Shown in pieces: positions 11,590-25,810 of a stretch of DNA of 64,000 bases. How positions within the stretch are numbered: the stretch's first letter is position 1; every line of letters begins with the position of its first letter. Both the position numbers and the translations under genes were made by a program. Source of the stretch: Octopus sinensis (lineage: Eukaryota). The notes under the pieces are model-generated. The model was not told the DNA's origin. It searched no databases and saw only the letters and a list, made by a program, of their open reading frames with translations. The stretch is from assembly GCF_006345805.1 (NCBI RefSeq), contig NC_042999.1, positions 139,438,001 through 139,502,000 on the forward strand, written 5' to 3'.

Positions 11590-12900
11590 TGTCGTTGCAG
11601 GCGTTGCCCTCAGAATGCAAAGAGCCAACTCTGACGGCTCGACTCGCCCTAGATTAGCACTTTTTTATCGACCCCCAAAACGATAAAAAAATAATATTTA
11701 CTTCGGCATGATTTGAACACTGGACGCAGTGAGTCAGAACAAAAATCTGCATGTTCTCTCGATGGCCTCTTCTCTTCATCAATGATAAGTTGAAACTCCA
11801 AAGTAGGTGCAGACTCCAAGATATAATTGAAACACAACATAGCTTTTCTTGAAGTTTATGGGTCAAATCAAACTTTGTACCTGGGCTGGTGATGATCGTA
11901 TTATGAGTCTGTCTATGAAATTCATCAACAATGTACAGCTGCAGAAACCGAGGCTCTTCATTGTGGAGGGGCTGAAATGACCCAGTCATGTGAAGGATTT
12001 TATCTTGTACTTTAAAAGTTGGCGTGGATTCCCCTTCTCCTATGGTGTTGGCTCCAAAAGAAGTTATTTGCAAGATAGATTTATGTTTTCTGACGTTCTT
12101 CAGTAGTGGCAATAAGAATCTGATTTGGGGATTCCGATTGATCAGCAAAAACTGGTAGATTACATTTCCATTGAAACAACACATTTCTTTTGTCCTTAGT
12201 TTCCAGATCTTGGAGAAGCTCTAGTTGCAAATTTTTGACAAAGTACCAACTGAAATTACTTTTTTTGAAAGAATAGTCAATTTCCAAAATCTTAGTTCAT
12301 GGCAGCTCTTTTCTACGGTTCATGTGTGTATGGCCGGGATCAAATCTTTACTTGTCTTGCTCTTTGAGATTTTTCCTTAGTTTGAGGCTGTTGTGAGATT
12401 TCATTGTGTCTATGTACAGTTTATCTAGCATTATTATGTTGAAGGCGAACTTATAGTTCATCAGGTGTCTCCAGTTGTCTATTGGCAGCCTGTCTGGTGG
12501 CATTAAGTTTACGGTGATTATCATGTTCATTGTCAGCCTCAAGTTTAATGCGAGTTGCATTTCTGGAAGTACTAACTTGCAGTTTTTGTTAATGCAATTT
12601 ATCTGTTTCTGCTGCCGTCAGCGTTTGGCAGCAGAAAATGTTGTAGGTGGAGCACATCATTTCTGTGACATTATTGATGAAAACAAATTTTAAAAAGCAA
12701 TTGTAAGCAAGCATCTTTCTTTTTCTTGATGCACTACGGAGGAGAAAAAAACTTTCATAAAAAAAAGTAAGCAAGAAGCTACAGAACGTTGATGTTGTAG
12801 GATGAAATTATTATTATCTGGTACTGCTTCGTGGTTCTTCGTGGTTATAAGTTAAGAGAAAAATTGTAAAAATTTGATTTCAAGAAATGCAAGAAGTGAC
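11590..12900 (-). mobile_element. Helitron RepHel N-terminal region, pseudogenised
   Basis: ITSFGA...PTFKVQDKILHMTGSFQPLHNEEPRFLQLYIV and LIIDEEKRPSREHA resemble conserved Helitron N-terminal motifs; several frameshifts. Confidence 0.75.
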
Positions 12901-13491
12901 AGAACGCATGAAGACGTAAACAAGGAGTAACTAAAAAGATTGTTTTAGAGACATTTTTTATAAATAAAATGACTTTTCGTGTCAAACCTCAGAAGATACT
13001 GGAAAATTTTTACGAATATCAGTAATCGTTCAGAGACAGGAGGAGAGATGGTGAAAGTAAAGCCGTTAGAGAGACAAATAAGGAAAGATGAAAATAATAA
13101 CGTCCAGTACATATTTCCCCTTCTCCATTCCTACCTTCTTTTTTATAATTTAATTTTTCTTTTTCTCTCTTCATTTTTCTTTTTTTTTCTTCTGTTGCTC
13201 ATGTTTCCTGATGATATCGACAATGGTCGCAAATTTTTATGTGGAGATGTAAACACTAAGAGAGAGAGAGAGGGAGAGAGAAAATAGAGAGAGAAAGAGA
13301 GCATTCGTGACAATTAGCAGAAGATTAAATAAAGTTGTAAGAGAGAGAAAATAGTGAGGAATAAAAAAGAGAAACAGATAATCATACATATGTATGTGTA
13401 TAATATATATAAATATTCACACATATATGTATATATATATATGTATGTATGTATGTCTATATATAAATATATACATGTATGTATTTATTAG

Positions 13492-13526
<35 letters not shown>

Positions 13527-13571
13527 CACACATACTTACTCACACACACACATACATACATACAAACATAC

Positions 13572-13722
<151 letters not shown>

Positions 13723-14164
13723 ATATATGATAGATGAAAGAATGAGAAGTGGGTCGACAAGTAAAACCTGCAGAGTATGAAGTGAGGCAACTATAGAAGG
13801 GTAACAATTGTAACATGAAAAGGAGAATTGCGAGGAGAATCAGACACACATTAAACACACACATTCAAATAGATATAATATATATATATATAATATATAT
13901 TATAATATAATATATATATAATATTAAATTCGAGACAAAATTAATTTATATAAAATTTTATGTATTGATTAAGTCTTTCCTTGTTTGGTTTTAAAATAGT
14001 GGTTTTGTCTCGTTATATATATATATTTAAACTATAAATTGATTTAAAAATTGGATTTAACCCTAAATCTGATTTTTCCCTGTAATTTTGGACTCATTCC
14101 CTAATATTTATTATTATATATATATATATATATATATAATTCTAAAAGTTCAAAACGGGATGTA

Positions 14165-14475
14165 ATTAGTAACAATACTAGACTGTACCGTTTTTTTTTT
14201 GTTTGTTTTTTTTGCCACTATAACATAGCTGTTACTACATTTTAACACCATCTCTTGCAGGCAGGTGTCCAGTATCGATGAACGGTAAAGACACCGAAAC
14301 CATGGTCTGCTGATCTTGCTAAACTGGAGAGGAGTGATTCGCTCCCTCACAATATATCGGACATAGGCTGTGTGTCGTTAACCAGCCGGAAACGACGTTT
14401 TCCTAGGGCTAAAATTTAGTGACATAGTTCTTTATAGAACAGCTACGTTATAGTGGCAAAATAACGTTACTATAT
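14165..14475. mobile_element. MITE-like element with inverted repeats
   Basis: tttgccactataacatagctgtt (about 14212-14234) vs aacagctacgttatagtggcaaa (about 14438-14460), 22/23 inverted. Confidence 0.55.
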
Positions 14476-14719
14476 ATATATATTAATGATTTCATTTTGA
14501 TGCAGCGATACTAATAACCAGTTGTTAGAACTCAATATATTTATGCTTTGACGTAAAGTGTCAGAAAGATACAGAGTATAATATCAATTAATATATGACA
14601 AAAGATCAGGGTTCATGTAATTGCCGTCATTGGCTTACACCATTTTCTGTGATGAGAAGCATTGAACTCAGAGTAGTTGTACAGTATCTAATGGCTTCCT
14701 CGGTGTCATTAAAATCCTT

Positions 14720-14920
14720 TCTACTATAGGCACAAGGCCTCAAATTTTGAGAGAGGAGAATAGTCGATTACACTGATCCCCGTGTTCAACAGGTTCTTAA
14801 TTTATCAACCCCGAAATGATGAAAGGCAAAGACGACCTCAGAACTCAGAACGTAGCGGCAGACGAAATGCTGCTAAGCATTTCGCCCGGCGTTCTAATGA
14901 TCCAGCTCGCCGCCTCTCTC
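14720..14920 (-). mobile_element. SINE family B variant
   Basis: Reverse complement of the family B core, with ctactataggcacaaggcc tail. Confidence 0.75.
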
Positions 14921-15079
14921 AGTGTCATTAAAATGAAGTGAATGTTTATTCTGGAAAGCATTTACATGCATAGCTCTATATTTAAGTATTTTCGGAAATA
15001 AACATACACTTCTTTTTAACAACTCCATTGAAGCCTTCGAATATCGTACAGTCTCTCATAGATGTCACCTGCTAACAAC

Positions 15080-15540
15080 AGCAAAAAAGAAATATAGTAA
15101 TGAAAAGCATAAACATCAGTAGTGAGCGCCTAAGCAAGTATTCCCTACACGACGACCTCGCATGCAAACCCAAAACAGCTGGACTAACATACCTCGAAGA
15201 AAATCTAGATGTAGAACGCTGAGTATAACAAATAAAGGTCGTGTGTGGGTATGTTTCCCGAAGGCTTGAAGAAAACTGTAAGATAAACATGAAGTGTAGC
15301 CTCTCTTGAACTTGAGACTCCTACATGACATCACTCTTCGAAGACTACGCATTTGCAATCCAAGAACAGGGGGTTGTTACAAAATACCTAATAAGCAAAA
15401 AGACACTAAAGTCCTTAAGGCCCTCAGGTTATGTCACATTTCTGTGAAAGACACCATACGGGATTAATAGCTGCTCAAAAATGTTACCATGGTACCACCT
15501 ACCTATGCGACATGACGTTGTCGCTAAATACTATACAATG
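15080..15540 (+). mobile_element. R4/Dong-type LINE fragment (post-RT / zinc-knuckle region), decayed
   Basis: Frame reads SLFEDYAFAIQEQGVVTKYLI and later LPMRHDVVAKY. Confidence 0.6.
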
Positions 15541-15613
15541 CAATCTAAAGAAAAGACTGTTCTGTAATAATTGTAGAGATCCCTCCTGTTATTGAATTCT
15601 TTTCTTTTCTTTT

Positions 15614-16196
15614 ATTCTTTTACTTGTTTCAGTCATTTGACTGCGGCCATGCTGGAGCACCGCCTTTAGTCGAGCAAATCGACCCCGGGACTTATTCTTT
15701 GTAAGCCAAGTACTTATTCTATCGGTCTCTTTTGACGGGGACGTAAACACACCAGCATCGGTTGTCCAGCAATGCTAGGGGGACAAACACAGACACACAA
15801 ACATATACACACACATTTATCTCTCTCTATATAAACGGCAGTTTGTCTGTGTGTGTTTCTGTGTGTCTGTTTGGTTGTACCCTCACCCTGACCACTGCTT
15901 TCAACCGATTCTGATGAAACTTGACACACACATAGCCCAATGTCATAATTCAAAACTAACGCACCGAAAATTTTGAAAAGTTCCCCCAGTTCTGAAAAAA
16001 ATCGATAAATTCGACATGGGGTCGAGAATCAGAAACACAAACCACAGACTGTCTAGGGGACGCAACTCGACCTTTTTAACTCTCAAAAAAAATTTACCAT
16101 CATTTTTTTCCCATTTTTTTGCTATTTTTTGGCCATAACTCTCTAAAAATGCTTTATAGTTATTTCCCTTACAAACCTGAGCAACGCCGGGCGATA

Positions 16197-16251
<55 letters not shown>

Positions 16252-16413
16252 GACAGGCTTCTTTCAGTTTCCGTCTACCAAATCCACTCACAAGGCATTG
16301 GTCGGCCCGAGGCTATAGCAGAAGACACTCGCCTAAGATGCCACGCAGTGGGACTGAACCCGGAACCATGTGGTTGGTTAGCAAGCTACTTACCACACAG
16401 CCACTCCTGCGCC
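15614..16413 (-). mobile_element. SINE family A interrupted by a non-autonomous Helitron-like insertion
   Basis: 3' half at 15614-15810 and 5' half at 16250-16413. Confidence 0.85.
15820..16198 (+). mobile_element. Non-autonomous Helitron-like element
   Basis: 5' TC-tctctctatataaa start; 3' ctgagcaacgccgggcgatact end resembles Helitron termini, but the terminal CTAG is missing; inserted in an AT microsatellite. Confidence 0.6.
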
Positions 16414-17199
16414 TAGATACATAAACTTCAACACAAGGAATATTAGTGGAGCATTGCCATCAAAACTTGTATCAATTGTAAACATAATAGCCGGATATTA
16501 CTTCTGACAGACAAGGAAAGGTATGTATCATCATAAAGGCTGGCTACCCCAGCTGATGTGAATATCTCTTTGAAAATCAAAGAGAAAGGAGATGACTATG
16601 GAAACCTACATCGAAGCCTCAAGCTTTTATACCTAGATTATAAATTCACTTTCATCCTAATAATAATTGGTGCTCTTAATTTTGTCGGTAAATACCGAAG
16701 TGACAATCTGGATAAGCTAAGGTTTTCACAAAAAGAAATCACCCAGCTAATTTGCATATTACAAATACAATCTGAAAGTGGAACAGTAAAAATATTTATC
16801 AAGTTCAAAATGTTAATGTGTTTTGCTTATCTATATTCCATCGATGGAGCTTTATATCTTGTTAGAAACCAATTCCTTCCTTACAGAAAGAATTCAAATA
16901 ATTGAAAATACGTATGAGCGTACGTATTTGTGTATAAATATATGTGTGTGTGTGTGTGTGTGTGTGCGTGCGTGCGTGCGTGGTGTGGTGTGTAAGTAAC
17001 TCCGTGTGTACTTGTAAGCATATATGCATAGCAAAAAGAAAATTTGAAAAGTACAAGAACAACAAAAATACAAGACTTGATGTTATTAGGTTGACACTAG
17101 ATATATAGATACGTGTATGTGTGTGTGCATTAATGTGTTTATATGTGTGTGTATATAATATACATACGTTCATTCACACATACATATAAACATATATCC

Positions 17200-17234
<35 letters not shown>

Positions 17235-17857
17235 TACATATACTTAAATGCATATATACATACCTACATACATACTTACATGCAATCATACATAGACATA
17301 TGTATACGTATCTGAGTACATATGCATGTGTATATATTCTTATCGTTCAGGTTGACCAACAATGAAATTTAGATGTTTCTAAATTTAGTACCTCGTAAAT
17401 TTGAGCAAATTCCAATCTACACTTTCAAACTGCAACCTTTTAATGCTACCTCTATCGTTTTCCTCAAGTATTTGTTTGTCATTTTTGGATCCCCTGTGTC
17501 TGAAGCATTCTTTGTGATAATAATAAGTGACTTCTTTTCTTTAAAAGAAAGTTATAACTGATGTCTACTTATTTAGCAATACATAGTTATCTAGGTCTCT
17601 AATTGTCTATATATCTGTTTATTCATCTATTTATCCGTTAGTCAACCTATATATATATATATATATATATATGGAGCTAACGCAGGTGTTATTGAAAGTC
17701 TTTTACTTCCGACACATGTTTCGAAGATATCACTGGTATTATTCCAAAGGAATAAAATGGTGTAAAACAATGTAATCTCTTCAGGGAAGTGAAGAAATGA
17801 AACTCGTCCATAATACATTTTAACAGAAAATAATGAATATGTATAGTGATTAACTAT

Positions 17858-17911
<54 letters not shown>

Positions 17912-18179
17912 ATTATATATATATATATATATAACGGGAAGGTTTACGAAAATAACAAAAGACGAAGGCAGGTGGAGTACAAACAAACAATGTATTAGTA
18001 TGGCGCTCAATATATATATATATATTTATATGTGTATGTATGTATGTGTGTGTGTGTGTGTATGCATGTATGTATACATATAAATTTGACATGAGCGATT
18101 CTTTCTTGTCTTGGGATTCACGGCGTGGTGGAATTACACAGATATGTAGAATGATCCTGTGGTGTTGCTGGGCTTTGTA

Positions 18180-18410
18180 TTTTTTCGTAGCTCTCATGTT
18201 TACCGAGATAATCGTCTATAATAATACCCTTGTGTTTATGAATGAGAAAGGAAGGGGTAATAGAGGAATAAGGAAGGAAGGCGTAATGTCATATTTTTTC
18301 ATAGCTCCCATGGTTACCGAGATAATCTATAATAATAGATAACTCTTGTGTTTATGAATGAGGAAGGAAGGAGTGATAGAGGAATAAGGAAGGAAGGGGT
18401 GATGTCATAC
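18180..18410 (+). repeat. Direct tandem duplication of about 115 bp
   Basis: tagctc(t/c)catg(t/g)ttaccgagataatc...cttgtgtttatgaatgag...gaggaataaggaaggaagg occurs twice. Confidence 0.85.
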
Positions 18411-18781
18411 TTGGTAGTGGGATGATGAAAATTGTACGCTGAAAAATAAATCAAACAGCGTTTCAACTCTGTGTGAATATATGTGTATGTATGTAAAGGG
18501 GGGTATGTGAATGTGTGTGTTTGTGTGTGCGTGTGCGCGCGCAATGGAAGTGGGATGGTTCATCTTTGTTCGCTTAGTATTTGGGTTTATTTTTTGATTT
18601 GGCTGAATCTTGGTTGATTGCTTTTTTTTCGGTTAGTTATTCTTAGCGTTTTGACAGAAAAAGGTCATTCTAAAATTGTTTTTTTATCGTAAGCATGTCC
18701 AAACAAGTTCAATGCTTACACAGAGCAGGTTTTACAGCGACATCATCCAAACTGACCGGGTGAAACAGGGCTTAGCTGCTA

Positions 18782-18825
<44 letters not shown>

Positions 18826-19649
18826 ATATATGTATATATGTATGTGCATGTATGTATGTATGTATGTATGTATGTATGTATGTATGTATGTATGTATGTA
18901 TGTATGTGTGTATATATACATGTATGCATGTATGTATATTGGAAATAGAAAATAAAATGTGCTGCAATCTTTACCATAAAACATTGATGGAAATGTAATC
19001 ATCGGTTTCATATTTTTAAGGATGTTCTAGACTTAATGGTGTTATAATTTATGATGCTATAATTTCATGATTTCATAACTAGCTGTTGTTTGCAACGTTG
19101 TTATTATTTTATAATTTTATAAGTAGATGTTGACAGTAAACAACGGAAGTTATAAATGCATGGCGTTGAAAGTTACGGTAGTAAGTGGGAGGTAATAAAG
19201 TAGAATATTAATGTTATTCATTTAATAACAGTAATAAATATAATTGTGCATATTTAAGCGTGGTCAATATTTTTCAATAAATTTAGACTATTTATTTGTC
19301 GTTTTTCAGATGTTCCGTCACTATATTGATAAAAAAGAATCTTTTTAATTCAGTTGATTTTTGTCAGCAGATATATAACAATATATTCATTAAAAGATAA
19401 TTCTCAGTAGTCAGGGAATCGAATTTACTCTTAATGTATTCGTTTTTTAATGTCATTTCGGTTCGTCTTATATATTTCCCTTCACGTTCCGAGAAAGTAA
19501 TTATATAAATTAGATTATGCACATGCTTACTGGGTTCGATTCAAACACACACGATAAACAATTTCAAGAACTTAAAGATACACGTATATTATTTACCATC
19601 CTTAATAGATGATAGGATATAATTTGGTGTCCCGATACGAAAAGAAGCA

Positions 19650-20110
19650 AAACAAAACAACACACCTGAAATGAAAATGTTACCATATGTCTCTTTTCAC
19701 ATTCATAGAAACAACTAGGCCTATATATTATTCTTTAAAATGTAAGATACTAAAAAGGACGCCAAGATAAATCAGCTTCTAGAAACACATACAAAGCAAA
19801 AGATAACTACAATCATGAAAGGAATTTTTAGGAAATGCTAAATTATATACAACAACAACAACAGTGCCAAGAGTTAAACATCATGAGCGATCCAGCTGAA
19901 GAATGTGTTTAACATCTCCGAAAGTTCGGAAGTTTGTTTTAAACAAACACAATGTTTCAAAATGATAATTTTATTTGTGCATCAGGAAACCTGATGTATG
20001 TAATAACTTGTTCCGGATGACGTTATTAATTTCACAATCAAGAATATATTTTAAAAAGCGAAACCGGTTGATTATATGAACACGCCATTTCCATTAAAAA
20101 GTTTTGTAAA
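19650..20110 (+). mobile_element. Decayed Penelope-like (Neptune-type) GIY-YIG fragment
   Basis: Reads CASGNLMYVITCSG, parallel to CASENLIYVLTCSGC of the element at 39 kb. Confidence 0.55.
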
Positions 20111-20496
20111 GATTTTAGTGCATTTGTCCTCTATTTTCAATATAGTATCTAACGTAGAGAATTTCGAAATACCTTTTCGTTAGAAATGTGTATGTGTGTC
20201 TGTGATTTTGTGTCCGCAGAGTAGGGTGGAGAGAACGGAAAATAATGTACACACTCACAGCTGTCCCTCTTCTATGCATCCTGGGAAATATAACTTTCCA
20301 TCACCTTTTCCCTCCGCTTTTTATCATCACTGGGTGAAACAAAACTGTATATTTACTTCCATTATAAAAGAGGCTATGCGCTTCCAGCCAGTACATCGGC
20401 AAAGTCGTCAATATTCTTAAGTGGAACAGTTGGCATGGAACCGTCGTAAACATTCTGACCAGTTATATGCAATAATCAGGAATATACTGCTCCACG

Positions 20497-20556
<60 letters not shown>

Positions 20557-20597
20557 CCAACAACAACAACACAACAACAACACAACAACACAACAAC

Positions 20598-20684
<87 letters not shown>

Positions 20685-20748
20685 CAACAACAACAACATC
20701 ATCATCATCATCTCATCATCATCATCATATCATCATCATCATCATCAT

Positions 20749-20844
<96 letters not shown>

Positions 20845-20860
20845 TCATCATCATCATCAT

Positions 20861-20894
<34 letters not shown>

Positions 20895-20945
20895 CATCAT
20901 CATCATCATCATCATCATCATCATTCATCATCATCATCATCATCA

Positions 20946-21021
<76 letters not shown>

Positions 21022-21045
21022 CATCATCATCATTATTATTATTAT
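20497..21045 (+). repeat. Compound trinucleotide microsatellite (CAA)n-(CAT)n-(TAT)n
   Basis: Directly visible; accounts for the 231-aa poly-T/H/S/L ORF. Confidence 0.97.
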
Positions 21046-23200
21046 GTTTGACTTTTGCTTTGTATTTGTATAAATTGACTCCAAGTCTCACCCAGAGACC
21101 TCAAGAGACAAGTTAGAAGTTCAAGTTGGTCTTATGCCTAGGGTGTCATATTTTTGGTTTTGCACATAGTATTGTTCTAGAGAATGTTTAAGAAAGCATA
21201 CGAAAATTATGAGTTTGTTTTAAAATTTGAGATTGCATAGACACTATTTTACGTAGGATATGGGTAGTTCCCATGAGCACTATCTTTTGAATTTCTGCCA
21301 TTATGGGGTTTCCTGGTATCTGATCTGAGTTGGAATCAGTCCTTTTTTCTATCATTCCTAGGGCACCTATGACAATAGGTATTGTTTTAGTCTTGAGGTT
21401 CCACATTTTGCCAATTTTTATTTCAAGATCTTTATACTTTCTCAGAGTTTGGTAGGTCTTGACAGATACTTTTATGTCGATTGAGACAGTCGTATCAATG
21501 AGGAAGCATGATTTTTGGCTGATGTCTTTCAATATAATGTCTGGACTATTCGCATCTATCTTTCTGTCAGTTTGAAGGGTGAAGTTCCAGAGGAGTGAGA
21601 TGTGATTATTTTCAAGAACTGGAGGTGGTTTGTGTTCCCACCAGTCTTTATCATGGAGCAGATCCAGGTTTTTTTTCAAAATACCCAGTAAATATATTAT
21701 GCTGCTCTATCATACCTGTTGAGATACTTTGTAGGCGCGAGAAGACTGCACATGGAGTCAACATGATCGATGGTTTCATTTTGTTATTGACATACACATG
21801 TTGGGCTACTGCCGTTCTTTAATATGTTGGCCTGGTAGTTTCTTGGGGGTATGCATTGATCTTGAGCTGCTATGATAAACCCTTCTGTTTCTGATTTTAA
21901 GCCAGAAGACACTAACCATTGATGAGAAAGGGCTTTGTGAACATCGGCACTATTAGCTCTCTTTAGGTATTTGCCATTGAGAGGCTTTTCTTGCCATTTA
22001 TCAATAAGAATATCTAAGGCAGCAGTTTTAGCACGGGTTTTCATACGCTTAGCTTTTTCTGTGCGTCTAATTTTGGAATCTGTTGTATATGGAATTCACT
22101 TAGATATTCCTCTGCCTGTTTTGTTACTGAGTATGATGCTTTCTTGTTTTCATGCTTTGAGACAAGTTTAATATCCAGTCACCAGAGTTTTTCAGGTAGG
22201 TGTCTAGGCCAATTGTGGCAATCTTCATTGTTAATTCCAGTTGTAAAAGTCCACGGCTACCCTCTTTTTCTTGGCAGGTAAAGTCGTTCTATATCTGCCT
22301 TAGGGTGGTGCATTCTATGCATTGTCAACAATTTTCGTATTTTTCTGTCAAGATTACATATTTCAGTAATTGACCAGTTAACGATATTGAAACTGTAAGT
22401 CATATTGGTATAGCTAAAGTATTGATCGCTTCGATCGTGTTTGTTGCATTCAGCTCTCTCTCTTGAGTATTGCCCTTACCCTGCGATAACATTCTCTTCT
22501 GATCCTTTCCTTCGTCACTGAATGTTTGATTCCGTCCCCTTCAAATACTCCTAGGCATTTGTACCTCTCCGCTGGTTCTAATTCCTTTATGACATTCTGC
22601 TGGTCAAGATTAACATTGGATATTTCTGTCATTTTTCCTTTGATAAAGGTAGCTTTTTCACATTTATCGAGGCCAAATTGCATCCTGATGTCATCACTGA
22701 ATTGTTTAACAATTGCTAGTAAGCCCTGTAGTTGTTGGTCATTTTTTGCAAAGAGCTTTAAATCATCCATGTAAATGAGATTATCTATATTTTTATCAAA
22801 CATTTTATAACCGTACTGTACATCATTGAGCAATTTCGAGAGAGGTATTAAGGCTACTCAAAGGAAGAGAGGTGATAAAGAGTCACCCTGGAAAATGCCA
22901 CATGAAATTCTTACATCTCCAGCATGAAGAGATTCATTGTCATGTTCAAAGTCAGTGTGGTTCTCCATGATCTCATACTTACAGATAAGAAGTTTCGCAG
23001 AGTAGGTGCTATTTCATACATTTTCAGATATTCTTAATCCAGCTCTGTGGTATACTATCAAAAGCTTTTTTATAGTCTATTCAGACTATCGACAAGTTTT
23101 TTTCTGTCGTTTGTGACAATCTTCCAAGATCATCTTATTGATGAGTAGCTGATCTTTACAACCATAGAACCCACGTTTACATCCTTTTTGCTCATTAGGG
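21040..23200 (-). mobile_element. 5'-truncated R4/Dong-clade non-LTR retrotransposon (RT, zinc knuckle, restriction-like endonuclease)
   Basis: LIYMDDLKLFAKN, GLKSETEGFIIAAQDQ, QTDRKIDANSPDIILKD...CFLID (PD..D nuclease), KYKDLEIKI, TIPIVIGALG; abuts (TAA)n. Confidence 0.92.
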
Positions 23201-23204
23201 AATA

Positions 23205-23760
23205 TGCCACTTTCTATTTTAAAAAACTATAGGTATATTCAATCAAGACAGATGCTGGCATTTTATACATTGTACAGAGACAAGCTGTACAGACACGGAA
23301 GTGCTGTCAAACGGACCTGTCCGAGGAGTGCGCAGGGTGACAAAACCGTCCTGCATGCACTCGTTCAGTGTCCGTTCATTACTGACTTGTGGAGCTTTGT
23401 CGAACAGGTGTTGTCACGTGTAGGACGGATCCGGTTATCAGCTGAGTCCATCGTGAAGATCGCCCCGCTGCTTTCTTTTGACCGGGAAGAAAAGGCATTT
23501 TTCCTCTGTCTGGTGGCTATGGCGTAGGAGGTAGTGTGGTGGACGAGACTGAAAGGACTGAAGACATACTCTCCTCTTCGGTCAAGCCCTCATTGATTTT
23601 TTTCGAGTTCCACTTGAAAAGGAAAGTGAGAGTAGAGAGGGAAGTTCTGCCCCCACCCCAATTTTTGAAAGGAGAGTGCGTGTGGCGAGGATGACCAATT
23701 TGAATGGGCCTACTCTGAACTTTCGTTTGTAAACCGGAGGAGTTGAGAAGGCGAGAGGTG
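23205..23760 (+). mobile_element. L1/Tx1-type LINE 3' fragment (C-terminal cysteine-rich region)
   Basis: TCPRSAQGDKTVLHALVQCPFITDLWSFVE resembles the CxxC...HxxxxC knuckle of L1/Tx1 ORF2. Confidence 0.7.
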
Positions 23761-23997
23761 CCTACTGGAGTGCATCTGGCGGTCGTGATAACCAGAATGT
23801 TATTTCTATTATTGCTGCTATCTATGAGATTTGTTAGAGCGCCAGAAAAAATACTTTGCAGCATTTGTTCCAGCTCTTTACACTCTGAGTTCAAATCCTG
23901 CCGCGGACTTTGCTTTTCTTCTGTCGAGGGGAATAGAATAACCAATCGAATACTAGACTCGATTACTAGCATTGGTCCAAAATTTGAAACAAATAAA

Positions 23998-24230
23998 GCG
24001 GCAAGCTGGTAGAAACGTTAGCTCTCCGGGCGAAATGCTTAGAAGTATTTCGTCCGCCGCTACGTTCTGAGTTCAAATTCCGCCGAGGTCGACTTTGCCT
24101 TTCATCTTTTCGGCGTCGATTAAATAAGTACCAGTTACGCACTGGGGTCGATGTAATCGACTTAATCCGTTTGTCTGTCCTTGTTTCTCCCCTCTGTGTG
24201 TAGCCCCTTGTCGGTTGTAAAGAAATAAGA
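23998..24230 (+). mobile_element. SINE family B, well preserved
   Basis: Full head, core and tail; further variant copies adjacent at about 23850-23990 and 24230-24400. Confidence 0.88.
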
Positions 24231-25614
24231 ATCCTTAGCACGTCGAGCAAAATACTTAGCAACATATATTCGGCTCTATATACTTTGCGTCTCATCCTTT
24301 CGGGATCGACAAAATAAAGTATCACAAATACTGAGGTAGATGTTATCTACTAACCCCTTTCCTCTAAAAATGCTGGCTTTGCGCCAAAATTTGACGCCAT
24401 TATTACTCTACGATTTCTGACGTTGGCATAAAACCACGTATTCTGGGGTCAGGCAAGGACTTTAACCCACAGGTTCAATTAGAATATTTGCCTAGTTTTT
24501 ATTTTATCTACTCTGGAAGGATGAAAGATGACATTTCAAATCGTAAATAATATGAAGAGGGCGGAGGATGAAAAGTAGTAGTAGTAGTAGTAGTAGTGCA
24601 AACATAATAAGAACAACGAAAATTAAAAGAACGGAAGAAATGAGAACGAGATAGATATCTACAAAAAACAACAGAAGCAACAATCAATAAAATAAAATAA
24701 AATGAAAAACAATAACAGCCTCAGAAAACGTAGAAGAAATACAACCAAATTTAGAGGAATAATAGAAACAAATAACATCTGAACCTGCAGACTTCAGAAG
24801 AAACGACCGAAAGGAAGAATTTAATTACTCTGTAAAACTATTGGTACTGCTTCTATTACTTTGTTTTGGTTTACCAGAATTTTCTCGGCAATGATGCGAA
24901 AAGTAATTTTAATAATTAGTTACTTTGTTTTCGGAGATAACGAGGCCATACAGTGTCGTTTGTGAAACTCATTTAGAAAGCCATTTATAACGCTATGTCT
25001 CAGGGGTCGTTGAGCTGACACAGAGAGGTAGAGAACTGGCACCAGGTGTAAGAGAGCTTACGATTCTTCACTGAAACACATATATTTAGACGAGTGACAC
25101 AACCGTTTTTAAGTTCAAATCCTACTAATGTTCATGTGTTTGCTTGTTATTCTTCTAGAGTGATATACAAGAAATAACCAAAACTAATTCAGCATCCTGT
25201 TCACCCACTTTTTGTCGAGTGTCATGCAGTACGTGCCAGTAACACTGGTTTCAATTCTCGCACGTTGCTCTTTCCCTTCACTTGACGTATAACAACTCTT
25301 TCTAATTTCGTTTTTGGATTTGGTTTGCAAGATTCTTTATATGAGTTCGTGTGTTGAAGCATATTCTGTTGTGTCTGGGGAGGTCATTTTCTTTTTGTGC
25401 CTTATTATTTAACACACTCACCGGTAAAATTTCCACTTTTTTTAGAGTCAAAACTATTGAAAAGGTTGCAACACGCAACGAAAGTTTTAGAAAAATAAAA
25501 AATAAGAAAAAGAGTGGAAATTTTATTGGTGATTGTTTTAAATAATAAGGCACAAAAAAGAAAATGACTCTCCCCAGACACAACAGAACTCTTTCTAAAT
25601 TTGGCACAAAACCA

Positions 25615-25810
25615 GCAAATTTAATGGGAGGGGGAAAACGATCACATCCACCCCAGTGTTTAAGTAGAACTTATTTTATCGACTCCGAAAGGATGAAATG
25701 CAAAGTCGACCTCAGTACAAAGGAATGTAAACTCAGATCGTAAAGCCGGAAGAAATACCACAAAGTATTTTGTCCAACATGCTAATGATTCTGCCACTTC
25801 GCCGCCTTCC
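25615..25810 (-). mobile_element. SINE family B variant
   Basis: gactccgaaaggatgaaatgcaaagtcgacctc core. Confidence 0.7.

Noticed and set aside
15905-15925. CTGATGAAAC as a hammerhead core
   Set aside because: No stems; it lies inside the Helitron-like element.
20421-21116. 231-aa ORF, the longest in the window
   Set aside because: Homopolymer runs from a trinucleotide array; it ends inside a LINE 3' UTR.
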